DNA of 64,000 bases from Octopus sinensis (GCF_006345805.1 NW_021833807.1:13991-77990); one strand, 5' to 3'. Shown: positions 12,821 to 25,960, counted from the stretch's first letter. The notes: generated by a model not told the origin, from the letters alone. Numbers and translations are program-made.

Positions 12821-15800
12821 CATTGAGCGACAACTCGTCTATGAAGAAAAATATTTTAAGGGTAAATAAAATAAAATTTTAAAACAATTACTTTTTATTC
12901 TGAACTTTTAAAGCAAATCAAACCATCAATTAGCTTAAAATAGCAATCTACTTCAAATTCATGAAAATTTTCACATGCTATTCTCAGTTCAAGTTCCTTT
13001 TTGCAGTCTGTCGCAGACACTTCAAGATACCTTCCTGACTTAATTTGTGTCATTTTCACAAAGTCTTTGTTCTTCCCTGCCCAAAACATTGACAAAAGCT
13101 GCCAAATTTGTGTGCGCTCTGTTAAAAGAACTGTTCAACAGCTTATGCCAACCTTCCAATGAATTGGTCGTCCTGGGCATTGACTTTAATACCCGATGAA
13201 AACAACTCCAAAAACTGATCTCATAAGATGGGTCAGCAATAAATTGTTTTTTAAAATAAATCAAAAAATTCATTATTTGTTGGTTGTTTTCTTTTCCTGT
13301 CGCATCAAGAGAAAATTTTTCAAATTCCAATAAAACATTTTCCACAGGGATGAAAGCTAAATGGTAGCATTTCCTCAATAATTTTCGTTCCGACGATGAA
13401 ACGTCTTTGTAGGCTCCCACAAGACCAAGACATTTTATTTTCCGCCATATGATTTGGCCGAAATGGAAATTGCAGCCAAATACATTAGACGACAAAAAAC
13501 TGATTTTGTGGAGTTAATTAACCCCTTTTCAAAATCAATTAAAATACTCATCAAAATTTTTTCCGTTGCCTGACCGTGGAGAGGAGAGCCGAGAATAATA
13601 AGGTCTTCCTTTTGGGTTATTCTGATTTCAGGAATGAGTGAGGTAAAGTTTCTGTGGATTTCATCGAAAGAGGCCACGTTAGTTTCTGTGGATTGGGTTG
13701 GAAACAATTTCTTGTTGTGGTGGTATCAATCAATTTTTCTTATCGTACATTCTTGTTGTGGTATCGATCTCATTCCATATCAATCTCTTTCCTTATATAA
13801 TCTTTTTTCTTTTCTGTCTTTTTTTTCACTGTTTAATTTTTGATTATTGTAAATTCTTTCATCCTATACGTTTAATGAGTTCTCTATGCTACTCGTGCAA
13901 CTGTACCAATTCGCGCAAGAGGGGAAGGGTATGCTCCTCCTGCGGCAATTTTTACCACCTATCGTGTGTAGGTCTATCTAAGGCCTCATCTTCTCGTATT
14001 TCTCTATGGAGATGTCTCAATTGTCTAGAGGGTGTTGTTTTATCTAACACTTGCCTAATCGACCCTCCTAAGCCTACTCCCAGCACTCCTGCTGACGATT
14101 CCTCGTTCAATAGTTATACATCTGTTGTCATTTTGCAATTTCTTTCGAATTTCCGCCTCTTAAAGAAGATCCCCATCAGACTGCCAAAAGGCTCACGTGC
14201 TACAGCCGCTGAATCCCTATGCACATTGATCCGTAAAGCCATAAATACCAACCAAAACGAGGACTGGGCCAAACTTTTCTGTTTCCCCGTATTCGCCCTG
14301 AACCTACACACTAGCAAAGGCTCTTCCGAATCCCTGACTTCGAGGCTTAAGAACTCCATCCTCTTATATCGGAATCATACTATTTCCTTTTTTCTTTCCC
14401 AGAAATATGTTTTTCCCAAAACATCGAATAACACCTTCGAATGCAATTTCAGTAAAGAATCCATTCCAAACTATTGGAAGGTGACTTCACTGCCGCTCTA
14501 AGAATTCTTTGCAGTAACGACTCATTTGCCTCTATTGGGACAGGACTCTCGAGCTGTTAAGGAAAAACATCCCGACGTTAAAAATGATCTAGAATTCCTT
14601 TCTCGTCCTCATTTTACCGAAGTTAAAAAAGTGAGCAAAGAAGAGCTCCTTTATAATCTCAAATCATTCCGACCCTCCAGTAGTGGGGGGTTAGACGGCC
14701 TTTGTCCCGGTCACATTCGCGACCTTTTATCACTCAATTCGTCTGATGCAGGTGTGAACCTAATTGATTCATTATGCGACCTGATAACCCTTTTCATCAG
14801 TGGCCATATCTTTGATTTCGCACGTTCTCTCTTCATGTCTGGAAGCCTCACCGCCCTTAATAAAAAGGACGGCGGAATTAGACCGATTTCTGTTGGGTGC
14901 ACTTTTAGACGCCTTGCAGCCAAAATATTATGCAGTCGTAGCTCCCATTCCTACCCGAGCATCTTTAAAAACATCCAATTGGGTGTCGGTGTCAGAGGAG
15001 GTTGTGAAGCATCAGCCTATTCAGTCAGAGAGTTTATTGCTTCCAAGAATGTGTCTGACAATTGTGTCATCTTGAAAATTGACATGCGAAATGCGTTCAA
15101 TTCGATCGACCGTTCCTGTTTCCTTGGAGAGTGTATGACTCAGTTACCTGAAATCATGCCGTTCGCTAAACTTTGTTACGAGCACAGTTCCAGCCTCCTT
15201 TTCGAGGGTTCAAGTATCCTCTCGTCCACCGGGGTACAACAGGGTGATCCTCTCGGACCACTCCTTTTCGCATTGGGTATCAACCCTATAGCAATGTCAG
15301 TCAAATCTCCCCTAAACATTTGGTACTTGGACGATGTCACAATCGGTGGCCCGGCAGATCAGGTTCTCAAAGACGCCCTTATGATATCCTCTTGGCTCGG
15401 CCACATCGGGTTATCCTTGGATCCGTCAAAGTGTGAGCTGACTAATCTTAACGTGGCCTCTTTTGATGAAATCCACAGAAACTTTACCTCACTCATTCCT
15501 GAAATCAGAATAACCCAAAAGGAAGACCTTATTATTCTCGGCTCTCCTCTCCACGGTCAGGCAACGGAAAAAATTTTGATGGAAAAGACATCAAATATGG
15601 AACAAGCAGCGAGTCGGTTATCCCAGCTAGATGCACATGAAGGCTTGTTCCTCTTGAAGAATTTTTTATCCATTCCAAAAATTCTGTATATCCTCCGTTC
15701 ATCTCCATGTTTCCTTCATCCTAAACATCTTGGGTCAATAGACTCTATCATTCGTCGTCATGCCGAACTTATTTGTAATGTGCAACTTGATGATCTCGCA

Positions 15801-17414
15801 TGGAAACAAGCTTCCCTACCTATTCGTATGGGAGGTATCGGTCTCCGTTCACCTACCGACTTGGCTCTTCCAGCCTATTTGGCCTCACGATCATTTTGTG
15901 GTCCCCTCATCGGCGTCATTCTCAAGTCTTTAAATGAATGTACCCCGTGTCGGTGGATGCAAAACGGCCTCGAGTCTTGGAGCAGTCATGGTCTGAGATT
16001 CCCCGAAGTGGAATCTTTACAGAGACATTGGGACGAAATCTGGTGTAGGGAGACTTACAGAGTTATCGAACTGTGCATGGACCAAGAACGGATCATATGT
16101 CTCAGATCGGGTGCACAACCCACTTCTGGCTCCTGGATAAGCGCTTGTCCTATTGAGTCTACCGGTTGTAAACTGGACGACGATACCATTAGGATCGGCC
16201 TATGTCTACGTCTCGGCTTACCGATGTGCACCCCACACCCCTGCAAATGTGGAAAGAGGATTGGTCCATTGGGAAGGCACCCACTTTCTTGCACTCGTAG
16301 CGCCGGTCGTTTTCCCCGACATTCCGCCGCCAATGACATCATCAAAAGGGCCATGGACGCTGCCGGATTCCACTCTCAACTCGAACCAGCTGGTCTCGAT
16401 AGAGGGGATGGCAAACGCCCAGACGGCGTAACCATCTACCCGTAAACGAGAGGGAAAGCACTTGTTTGGGATTTTACCTGCCCTGACACGTTTGGACCTT
16501 CTTCATTCGGAAGTTCGGCATTCTTTCCTGGCTCTGCTGCAAAACGTTCTGAAGAGTTGAAGAAAAAGAAATACTCTTTCCCGGCAGACAAATATCTTTT
16601 CCAGCCGATCGCTGTGGAGACTTCCGGAGTCTTTGGATCAGAGAGTTTTTCGTTCATTCGAAGATTGGGTGGTCTAATCACCAAAAAAACAGGTGATCCG
16701 CGGGAGACGTCGTGGCTCTTCCAAAGGATTTCGTGTGCAATTGTCCGCGGAAATTCACACGCTATCCTAGGGTCATTCTAAAATAATTGATTAAAACAAT
16801 TTTGACATGTTACAAAAAATTAAAATACTTGCTGGTGAAGTAACAAGTGTCTTTATTTCTTCAAATAATGCACAGTAGGGATTTTCTGTTTTGTTGAGCA
16901 AAAGAGCGTGCGAAAGAGGCCAGAATTTACCTAAGTATTTTCCTTGTATTGTAATCATTTGTTCGAATTGATTAGGCACGCTTTTAAAGGTACCATCGAT
17001 AACCCAGACATCTGATTTTCTTAAAATGTCAACCTGATAATCCGAACAAAAAATGACGTAACGATTTACATCATTAATTCCAGAATCCTTGCGATAAAAA
17101 ATTTCGTCCCGATCATTATACCACAAACTTTCAGGAATTTCAGGAATGGTCGCAACAAAATTTGGTATCAGTGTTTCTCTATCCCGTTGAACGAGACGAG
17201 TCAATGAACGTTTTTTTGGCAAGATTTTAATGACGTCAACATTGGCGCCAATGAGGCTTATTGACACCACATTCATAGTTCTGTCTTCTGTTTCAGGTCA
17301 GAAACTAGTTTCATGCTTTTTATCTCATGATCCTCAAATTTTAATTAATTTAGACTTAATCTGGTAAAAATAAAATTTTTTATTTATTTTAAGTAGGCGA
17401 GTTGTCGCATAGCC
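12821..17414 (-). mobile_element. MULE/Mutator-like element interrupted by a CRE
   Basis: WVIDGTFKSVP..F.QMITI (16791-17276) joins IDFEKGL...GCNFHFGQIIW...PRTTNSLEGWH (13040-13548). Inverted GCGACAACTCG(T/C)CTA at 12827-12841 and 17394-17408. Confidence 0.85.
13549..16817 (+). mobile_element. Apparently full-length CRE-like retrotransposon (family C): PHD-RT-Zn-RLE, one frameshift and one premature stop
   Basis: PHD C4HC3 at about 13885-14025; RT ORF 14526-16445; RLE continues past TAA 16443 to 16781; 12-bp TSD AATTAAAATACT at 13537-13548 and 16818-16829. Confidence 0.9.
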
Positions 17415-17590
17415 GTTCTTCTAGCCATTTTTGATTTTTTTGCGGTGTGCTTTGGATCATTGTCTTGTTGAAATGTCCAATTTCCTGCAATACCACATTT
17501 CTCAATTGACGAAAATAGATTTTTTTCCAAAATATCACAGTATTTAGAAGCATTCAATATTCCGTCAATCACATGAAGTTCTCCAACGCC
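17415..17590 (-). mobile_element. Tc1-like transposase middle fragment
   Basis: GELHVIDGILNASKYCDILEKNL...WTFQQDNDPKHTAK. Confidence 0.8.
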
Positions 17591-17614
17591 CCAAGAAGAA
17601 AAACACCTGTTTCA

Positions 17615-17900
17615 TCAAACAACTATAAGTTTAGGTAAATATATTAAACTATCTGGTTTGTTGTAACCCAATTCTAACGCCTGTTGATAAACGATTTTTG
17701 TTGTCCGTTTGTCCTTGGCATATATTGAATAAATTTTCTTTTTCTGCCTACCTTTGAACATCCCACATACAGCTGTCCTTTGAAAAAGCACTCGCTCTGT
17801 AAAATAAGTCAAAATTCGTAAGATATAAACATCCTCAACTCTATACTTACCTGTTAATATCGTCGTTTCTATTACGTTAGCCATCAAATTTTTGACAACT
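17615..17900 (-). mobile_element. Helitron helicase C-terminal remnant
   Basis: Frameshifted CFFKGQLYVGCSKVG...IYAKDKRTTKIVYQQAL; homologous to 2725-2850. Confidence 0.7.
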
Positions 17901-19099
17901 AACCTCGTTCCGTTGCATAATTTAGGCGGCGCATGATTTTTTATTTTTTGAGTTTTCTTTTTTAGATTTTGTCGTATCTTCTTTCCTGTTTAGTTTTTAT
18001 TTTGTTATTGCTGAACAGTAAAAGTTTTTGATAGACAAATACATTGATAAAATTATTTTTGAATAATTAAGAAGATTAAGAAAAGAGGAATACCGAAAAT
18101 AAATTCTATCTTAACGAAAAACTTAACTTTTCAAATTAAAAAGTAGATAAAATATGATCAAGTAAAATAAAAATTTCAATTTGAACACAAAATAAACATG
18201 CTCCCCTATTTAACAAACCCTAACGTAATTATCTCGTTAGTAAATTTTAGGGATCTCCTGAACTATATGAATTATGTTCAGTTATTGTTCAGTAAGGCTA
18301 TTCTAATATCAAAGGGCATTACATTTGTTATGTAATGTCCGAAACTGGTGAATGGCTAATTATTAATGACCATCGAGTTTTATTTATAATATTTTTCTAA
18401 CTGATACAAATAACAACGCTGAGTGCCGTGTTAGAGTCTTGTCTATATTTGCTATTTTACAAAAGAATAGAAAAGCCAATGGCTGATGATGACGAAACTG
18501 AGGTAACGCTGCTTCTCCAATTTTCGAACAAACTGAATTCTTGATCAAACTTTTGTCAGGGAAAAGAAAGATTAAATGTGAAAGCGCTAGGGGATGCAAA
18601 GTTCATATTAGAGTGATATAAACCTCACTTTTGTTCAGAATTTTTTTGTTTTGAATTCTATTTTTTGTGTTGATTTATTTTTATCAGTTTAATAAAATTT
18701 ATTCCTGTTAATTAGAGCGTAACTTAAGCCATTATTAATGCATTTTATTAAAAAGTATTTAGAGAACATTGTTCTACTTTACGCCTTTTATTCAATTTAT
18801 TGAATAGTTTATAACAAGAAATTTCATCTAAAATATCTGCCTAATCGGAAAATTGTCATCTCCGTAACTTTAACCTATCAAAATAAGCTGTAATTTTCAT
18901 TTTTTAATAAAACACTGTTATCAAAATGATGATTGCTGTCTCTAACAAATAATTTTTTATTACGTACAGTAGGACTTCGGTTTGAGAGATAAAATAGGTT
19001 TACTTTCGCAAAGAGATACCGGACATAAAGTAAAGGGCCAGTAGGAGGCCTACACACTAAGTTGTCCATGGCTATTTCCTTCTAGCTAATCTCCTCGTT

Positions 19100-19700
19100 T
19101 TTACAGCAGTTTAATAATTCTTGCCTTAGAAGGGGACAAGATCCATCCTTCCAGCCCATACATCACTACTGGAAGAATATCTACCCGGAAAATGAATAGC
19201 ACTGTCTCAGGGGGTAGGCGAAATTTGATTAGGCACATGATCATTTTTTTACACCGTTTTTTCCTCACACTTTCCATTTTCAAATAATTGGACTTCTAGG
19301 TACAAAAACATTTGCCGAGATGCACAAAGGTTTTGGAACGTCTGCTAAATACACGTTAAACAATCATGGGCTGAGTACTGAGTTTTGAGATAGTCTCCTT
19401 TTTGGAGAATGGCTTTCGAATCTTGACCAAGATACTTGACAAAAGAGATCCTTCCTTTCAGAAAACTCGCTACCCATCCAAAGGTTTCTGCTTCAATGTC
19501 AGAATTTTCCAGCAAGACGGAGTGGAAGACACTCGACACATCCAGACAGACAATACTGGTCGACAAGCCAGAATCTCGTGCCTTAGATACTATCGAATTC
19601 AGTAGAGTCAGCACAGGATCGGTCCGGACAAAAACCCCACTGATCGTGAAAAAGCCAGTGATTCTTTTCCATATGCAGTACTAGCCTATGCAGTATCACC
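19100..19700 (-). mobile_element. Degenerate CR1/Jockey-type RT remnant
   Basis: Fragments SIVCLDVSSVF.SV, GWVASFLKGR and P.V.Y.LEGW spread across frames. Confidence 0.55.
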
Positions 19701-19915
19701 GTCGCATTGATTCAGGAACGTAAATTTTTGTACAAGCATCGATACCCATTCCTTATTAAAATTGTCAAGTGCATTTCAAATTTGGCTGATCATCATCTCA
19801 GACCGTTTGATTTTTGGAGATGGCTTGCTTATCTAAATAAATTCGATTTTAATTTGTAAAACTAGAATAACGAATGACATCTGACTAGTAATACTAGGTG
19901 GCTTGTATGGGTTTA

Positions 19916-20953
19916 TTAAAACAAAGAAAGTTTGGCGAGAGTGGTGAAGGACTGAGAGGAAACAAGTGGGATTTGACTGCTGCGTCCGGCAAGGAAGATA
20001 GAGTGTGGGAGGAGATGAGCAAAGTTGTAGATAACAGGAAGAGGAGTGCAAGAAGAGAGGAGTTTTCCAGCCATATCCCATACATTGAGGGCAGTGCCGG
20101 CCGAATAAACCCAAATGTGAGTGAGAAAGTACTTTTCCGTCTTCTGTAATGTTAAGAGCGAAGATTTGGTGGTCGGTGTGATAGGTTTGGGCGTGCTTCC
20201 AGAAGCGGGTGCTCCACAAGGAAGGGGGAGTGTCTCCCGCAAAGACAAGCCAGTGGTTGGAGGGGTGTAGGGCGACAGAAGTCAGGGTGGATGACTGTTG
20301 GAAGAGATGGACACACTGGCCGGTCTTGTAGTCTGTGAATGAGAGGAGTGGGTAACCCCACATTGCAGCCTGGCCATCCTGGAGACGGAGACGGCAAAGT
20401 CTGGAGAGACAGCAATATCCATGACAGGCCCAGAATGGAAGGAGAGAGTATTCTAGGATTGAGGGCAGCCAAGTACGAGAAAGGAGGCTGTGTGGAGGTC
20501 CATGATATGAATGGAGTGGTCTCGGCAGCCAATAAAGAGTAGATTGTCATTCTAAAACACTACACTCAATTCTGAACTGTGGTCATGCTCACTATGTCCT
20601 TCTCCTTTCGGCAATATCTACATATCTCCTACACACTCACGTGGATGACTCAATCTGTCTTTCCCAGTCCTTCCTCCCATCACTCCACAAGTGCGCCATC
20701 ACTCGATCACCAGCTCCACTGACAGTCACTCCACATATTACATCAACACATGTCGCTCAGTGCATGCCAGCCCTGATATTCCCTCTTCCCACGCTGCTTG
20801 TCATTCCACACAGTCACCTTGGATGACCACTCCACTCTCTCCCACTCGCGATATCCCCAATTGCCCGTAGTTGTTCGACGCGGCCATGTATTCCCCGCAC
20901 GGGGATATTGACACAGCCAATATTGTCATAAACTTGCACGCCTCCACCTTCAT
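19916..20953 (-). CDS. THOC6: THO complex subunit 6 (WD40), 7 tiny introns of 21-26 nt
   Basis: Spliced N-terminus MTILAVSISPCGEYMAASNNYGQLGI matches animal THOC6 ([26 protein letters not shown], from recall); later WD repeats are collinear. One 1-nt frameshift near 20385 and one GT-GG intron. Confidence 0.85.
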
Positions 20954-21059
20954 CACTTAATATTTAGTACAATTATTCACACTATTTATATTTTTTATAC
21001 TTCCTTATTACATAATTAATCTCTCATGGTCCAACCGCCTTAAAATTGAGACTACACTA

Positions 21060-21375
21060 TGCCGAGCTGCGGCTAACATAATGCAAATTTCCAATTTGAA
21101 CAATATTAAGTCCGCTTGACCACCTAATTAAGAAAGATAGAAAGGGCTTCTTAGCATTTTAACAGAACCAACTGTCAAAAGACCATCATATGTCAATTAG
21201 CAACCAAAAGCACATCATCCCGATTCAATTCCTTTCGAAAACAGTTCCCCACCCGTTCCGCACTTGCGTTGGGTCCAGAGTTCAATATCGGGAAAAGCTG
21301 AGAAAGATTTTCAGGATTGTTGGAATCACTTAATTAATTACTCTAATTAACTGTTGGTGATTTTTGGGTTAAAAA
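21060..21375 (+). mobile_element. LINE 3'-end fragment
   Basis: 21238-21365 is homologous to the reverse complement of 45555-45690 and similar to 59930-60030. Confidence 0.6.
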
Positions 21376-22599
21376 AACATATTCCCCCTTCGATAAAATC
21401 AAACAAGCTTCCCTACTCCCCTCTCACCATCCCAGTTTACTCACCACATTGGTCCTGTGAGGTCATCCTTTTGAGGCAACTGCCTGCTTTTTGGATGAAT
21501 CTTTGAAAATCCGAGTCTGCCGCGGGCTACCCCTTTCGGCCAAATCAAATGTACGGACCGACGAGTTTGGCTATCTCTCCGTCGCATTTTCACGAAATTA
21601 GACGTTCCGAACTAAACGGATTATCCGTTGGTCTCTCAGAACTGCTGGATTTTACTTTCTATTGGAACCTGCAAGGATTTTTAGCGAAAGATGGCCAGAT
21701 GGGATCAACTTTCCTTTTTAGGAGAGAAAGTGTCTGGTTTGGGACGTCCATGCATGAATCTTTTTTGCAATCTTTTTTGCAAGAAATGTAGATCAAAAAT
21801 CCTGTACTTTTATCTGAACGTTCCGAACAAAAAAATCTGAGAAATAAGCTGGAATTCAGAATTGCAAAGTATTGTACCCTGTGAGCTGAAACGTCAAACA
21901 TATCGGGACCTTCTAATCGAAATCTGCATCGACATATTAGGTCACTTATGGAGGAGGTTACATGTCTCTCATCTGAGCACATAACCGAACATAAAATTAT
22001 TGTTAATCTTCTCGTCTTCCTTTAAAAAATTATAATTATTATAAAATCAGAAAAATTACAAATAAAATTCCATAATGTGGTATTTCGTTCTTGCTTGGTT
22101 GCTTACTTACTGATTAATTGATATACATATTTTCTATTACTTACACTAATGATGGCATACAATTCAATTGATTCTATTAAGTTCCTTATTAATATCAGTT
22201 TATTTTTAAAATAATTTTTTATGATGACTAACGATGGTCTACTTATGATAATGATGACCTATAATTGTACTGAAATTATTAAGTATTATTTTTTCAATAA
22301 TTTAAATACTTGACATTGTGAAAATACTGTAAGTGAATTAGTGTTAAATCAAATTTGAAATCAGTTTTTGTAAAATTATAAAGTTTTACTATATGTTTCT
22401 GGACTGTCCTTATCGTCTGGTTTCGTTGATTTAGCAAGGTTATGCACCTTCTGTGTTTGTTAAAGCTGTAAAGAGTTTGTAGAGTAGATTAGTATTTTGC
22501 AGATATAGCTTTCTGTCAATAAGAATGAAATTTTCAGCTTTCTTTTTTAGTCAGAAGTTTTTAACTTTTGAGATATTTACGTTTTACTCTTCAACTTTA

Positions 22600-23380
22600 C
22601 TATTAGCATATTAAATGATGTACAGTAAAGCCTATCGAATCTACTTATTTTAATTAAAAATTTGAAGATTGGCAAATTATGATAAAAAATCTATTGCTGA
22701 TTTTAATGACAAAATCAGTTTAAAAATCGAAAAATATGGATTGAACAATGTTTATAATGCAGATAAAACCGGTGTTTTTACATGGAGATTTCTTCTAAAT
22801 GTGTACACTAAATTAAGGAGTGGAATAAAATTATAGGGATAGATTTTTTTTACTATTATGCGCAAATTGTTCCGGTCAAATAAAAGAAGATCGGCAATAA
22901 TAAAAAGATTCGAAATTCCAAGGTGTTTTAAAAATTTTAACATTGAAAATTAAGTTACCTACACCCATTTCAATAAACCATAGATGAACCGTAAATTATT
23001 AATAAATGGCTAGGTGATTTTGATTGCGAATTTGCAAAGACAAATTATACTTGAAAAAGATCAATGCACATCTCATCAAATTATTATCACGTTAAATTTT
23101 ATTGAAATTATTTTTGTCTCTTTTTGACGGTTAAAAAAGTTCAATAAGTTATTGATTTAATTAAATATAAAACTTGGGATTATGGCGAAGGAATCGAATG
23201 AGAAAAGAGTTAATCTTTCAAAAGCTTTCAGAGCTCTAGAGATTATTAAAACTTATGCTTTTTAGGAAAATGGAGATATAGATGATTACGAAAATATTAT
23301 GAAAATAGGGAAAATGTTAACAAATCAAATTAAAAACATAAAATTTATGATTTTTATCAATAAAAATAATTTTTTGACCA
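22600..23380 (+). mobile_element. Degenerate Tigger/pogo DDE remnant
   Basis: YNADKTGVF...LLLCANCSG...PRCFKNF; homologous to 56230-57550. Confidence 0.7.
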
Positions 23381-24859
23381 CTCATGTCTAAAACGGAAAA
23401 ATATAGAACGATTCGCGATCCCATGTATTTTTTATTATATTACCTTATTGTGTTTTAAAACTGCAACATTCGTGCACATGGTCGAGATTGTCTATACTTA
23501 GAATGTGATTAATATTTGTATCGATAAATATAAAAGGATATTTAATGTGAGCATCACGAATTTTTGAAAAATTTACGCTTGCAATCCGAGCAGATGCCGG
23601 GTCCAGTCAAAAACCGGTCACAGAAAATAATAAAAGTCTTGATAATATGATGATTTGATGGTACCTGCTTTACATTTACCTTGCCGAGTTCCTCGATGGC
23701 TTATCGTGTCCATTAATAGACTCAGAGTGCTTGAACACACTGAAAAATGATTGAAACATTTTTTTAGTTTTTTATGGATATTAAACTCTTTTTAAAAAAC
23801 TCAACTGATTGGCCCTACAAATTCCTCTATGCGGCCTTCGCTAAAATGCTTCGTTTTAGTTAGAAAAATCAGTATTTTTTATTTAGATAATCTTGATATT
23901 TGTATATTTATGAGTTCTTTCTTAGTTTCTTTATGTTTGACAGAATAGAAATGATCATTTTATTAGGTAATGATATATGTTTTCGAGATATTCCGTCATA
24001 TAATGAGAACTTTCTGTTATTTGCATGGATGTCGTTTTTTAATATTATTGAGTCTTCCACATTATTTTTTCGTCATATTTTATCTTTTTATTTTGGTCAT
24101 TTTTTTCAAGCATTTTGAGATTTTCAATAACTTTATAATATATCTCCGCGTTCTTGCCATCCCCTTTGAATTGATTAAGTGCTTCAATTTGATCTGCACT
24201 TTTTAAATCATTATGTCCAACTAGCATAAAAATTTCAGAAGGTATTTGTCGAGTTGTTTCATGTACGGCCATGTTATAGTCGGAACATTTTTTTTCAATA
24301 TTTTAAGATAGTGTTTAAAGTGATTGTTTTATTCGCTAGTGGAGTATATCCATCTCTTAATGGATTGGTTGAATCTTTGAAATTAAATAAGTAGCTTTCG
24401 AGTTGATCTTGCTGCTTGGTTGGTTGCTTGGTTTGGTTTTGAACAGTTCACAAAAAGAGGAGTAAATACAATAATGATCTGTAAATTAATCAAATTATTT
24501 TACATTACACGGAATCAAAAATAAATTACCTTTTTTAAAAGAGATATTCGGAACGAAGAAGAGCTAACAGATATCGACAATTATCTCAAGTGGTTTAGGG
24601 AAAATATGATATAGCAAAAGAAAATGCCATTGTATACTCTAACGTCGTCAATCAAAAAATGTTAAAAAAGCAAATCTGAAATAATGACATTCCAATTTTT
24701 AAAATTGGAGACTAAGTTATTAGAAGGAAACAATAAAAAAACACGTACGGGTGCTTTAAATTAACGTTTGAACGTTCAAATTGATCGCATTATTGAAATA
24801 TTACCCAATGGAATGATTTCTATTGGAGGAGATGACTATACAGGATATATAGTCTAGAT

Positions 24860-25720
24860 CAGTGGTTCTCAATGGTGGGCGTTTCGCCTTCAAAGGCGAT
24901 TTATTCTGTCAGGGGGGCGATAGTTGATTGCTAATATTTAAAAAATCAAAATCCTATATTAAAAGTCGATAATCTTTAAAAAATAAAGATCTATAATCGA
25001 TTCAAATAATTTTTATTAATAATATGATATTTTTATTATATTGTATCTTCTTCGGACTCGCACAGTTGGATTTACTGGATTTGTTAGCTCTCTCTTTCTA
25101 AATAAAGTGCGTTTCCGGCCTAATGGAGAAATTTGGTAATGGTAACATTGCCAAGTCAATCCACAAAAGGCTCTTAATAATAATAATTTCTAGTCATCTT
25201 TATGGGTCGCGTTCAAAAAAGTCGCGAGGGGTATTGTCTTTGTCAAAAAAGGTCAGAATGTATTAAGATGAATATATTTCTCTTAGATTTATTTAAGATT
25301 CCCAAGATCCTAATAAACCACTTTTTCTTCAATGTGGTACAATCTTTTCGAATGAGGCAATGAAACCGTTTCGTTTGATTAAACATTTAAAGCGAAAACA
25401 TCATAGTACAATTGGAAAAATTGTCGCAAAACTGGTTGCATTACTATTTTAAATTATAGGTAGTGGCCATTTGATTGCAGAAAATTTTATCCGTGCTTTT
25501 TTAAATTTATTCATAAACGATATCTTATAAAAAGATTTTTTAAATATTATAAAGACTATTCCATTAAGCAACGACACTATATGAAAAAGAATTGATGAAA
25601 TTTACAATGAAATTGAACAATCATTAATTTTAGTTGTCAGAGAACGCAAATTTTCAGTTCAACTTGACGAATCAGTTGTCGTTAATAACCACTCAATTAT
25701 GATGGCATATGTAAGGGCTA
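24860..25720 (+). mobile_element. hAT (Charlie/Buster) left end and transposase remnant
   Basis: CAGTGGTTCTCAA terminus preceded by gtcTAgat; CLQCG.IFSNEAMKP.RL.KHLKRKH; FSVQLDES. Confidence 0.7.
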
Positions 25721-25769
25721 TCTGACAAGCCCCTTCAACACGGATTTAAAAAAGGAAGATCTATTTTGA

Positions 25770-25960
25770 GTCCCGTGGTTGACAGAGTCCCTACACATTC
25801 CTCCACCACATGATCATCAGCTCTCGTCAGTGTCTTATAAACTGGACACACGTACAAGAGGTTGTCATAATTTTTATTTTCTGTCGGAATCAGCCAGATT
25901 GAAGGCATTTCCACATTCAGTTCCTTTGTTATCGACTCCACCAGACGTCCCCCATCTTAT
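25770..25960 (-). pseudogene. Axonemal dynein heavy chain C-terminal fragment (DNAH1-like)
   Basis: RLVES.TKELNVEMPSIWLIP...YVCPVYKTLTRA[27-nt insert]GTLSTTG; homology ends on both sides within about 200 bp. Confidence 0.7.

Noticed and set aside
14400-16445. Programmed frameshift or stop read-through in CRE family C (and in the RTE)
   Set aside because: Homopolymer indels also break MRPS27 and THOC6 and differ between duplicate units, so assembly error or decay is simpler.
21370-22000. GC-richer segment with one G-rich GT-AG 32-mer as a gene
   Set aside because: No recognisable protein or consistent spliced frame could be built; left uncalled.
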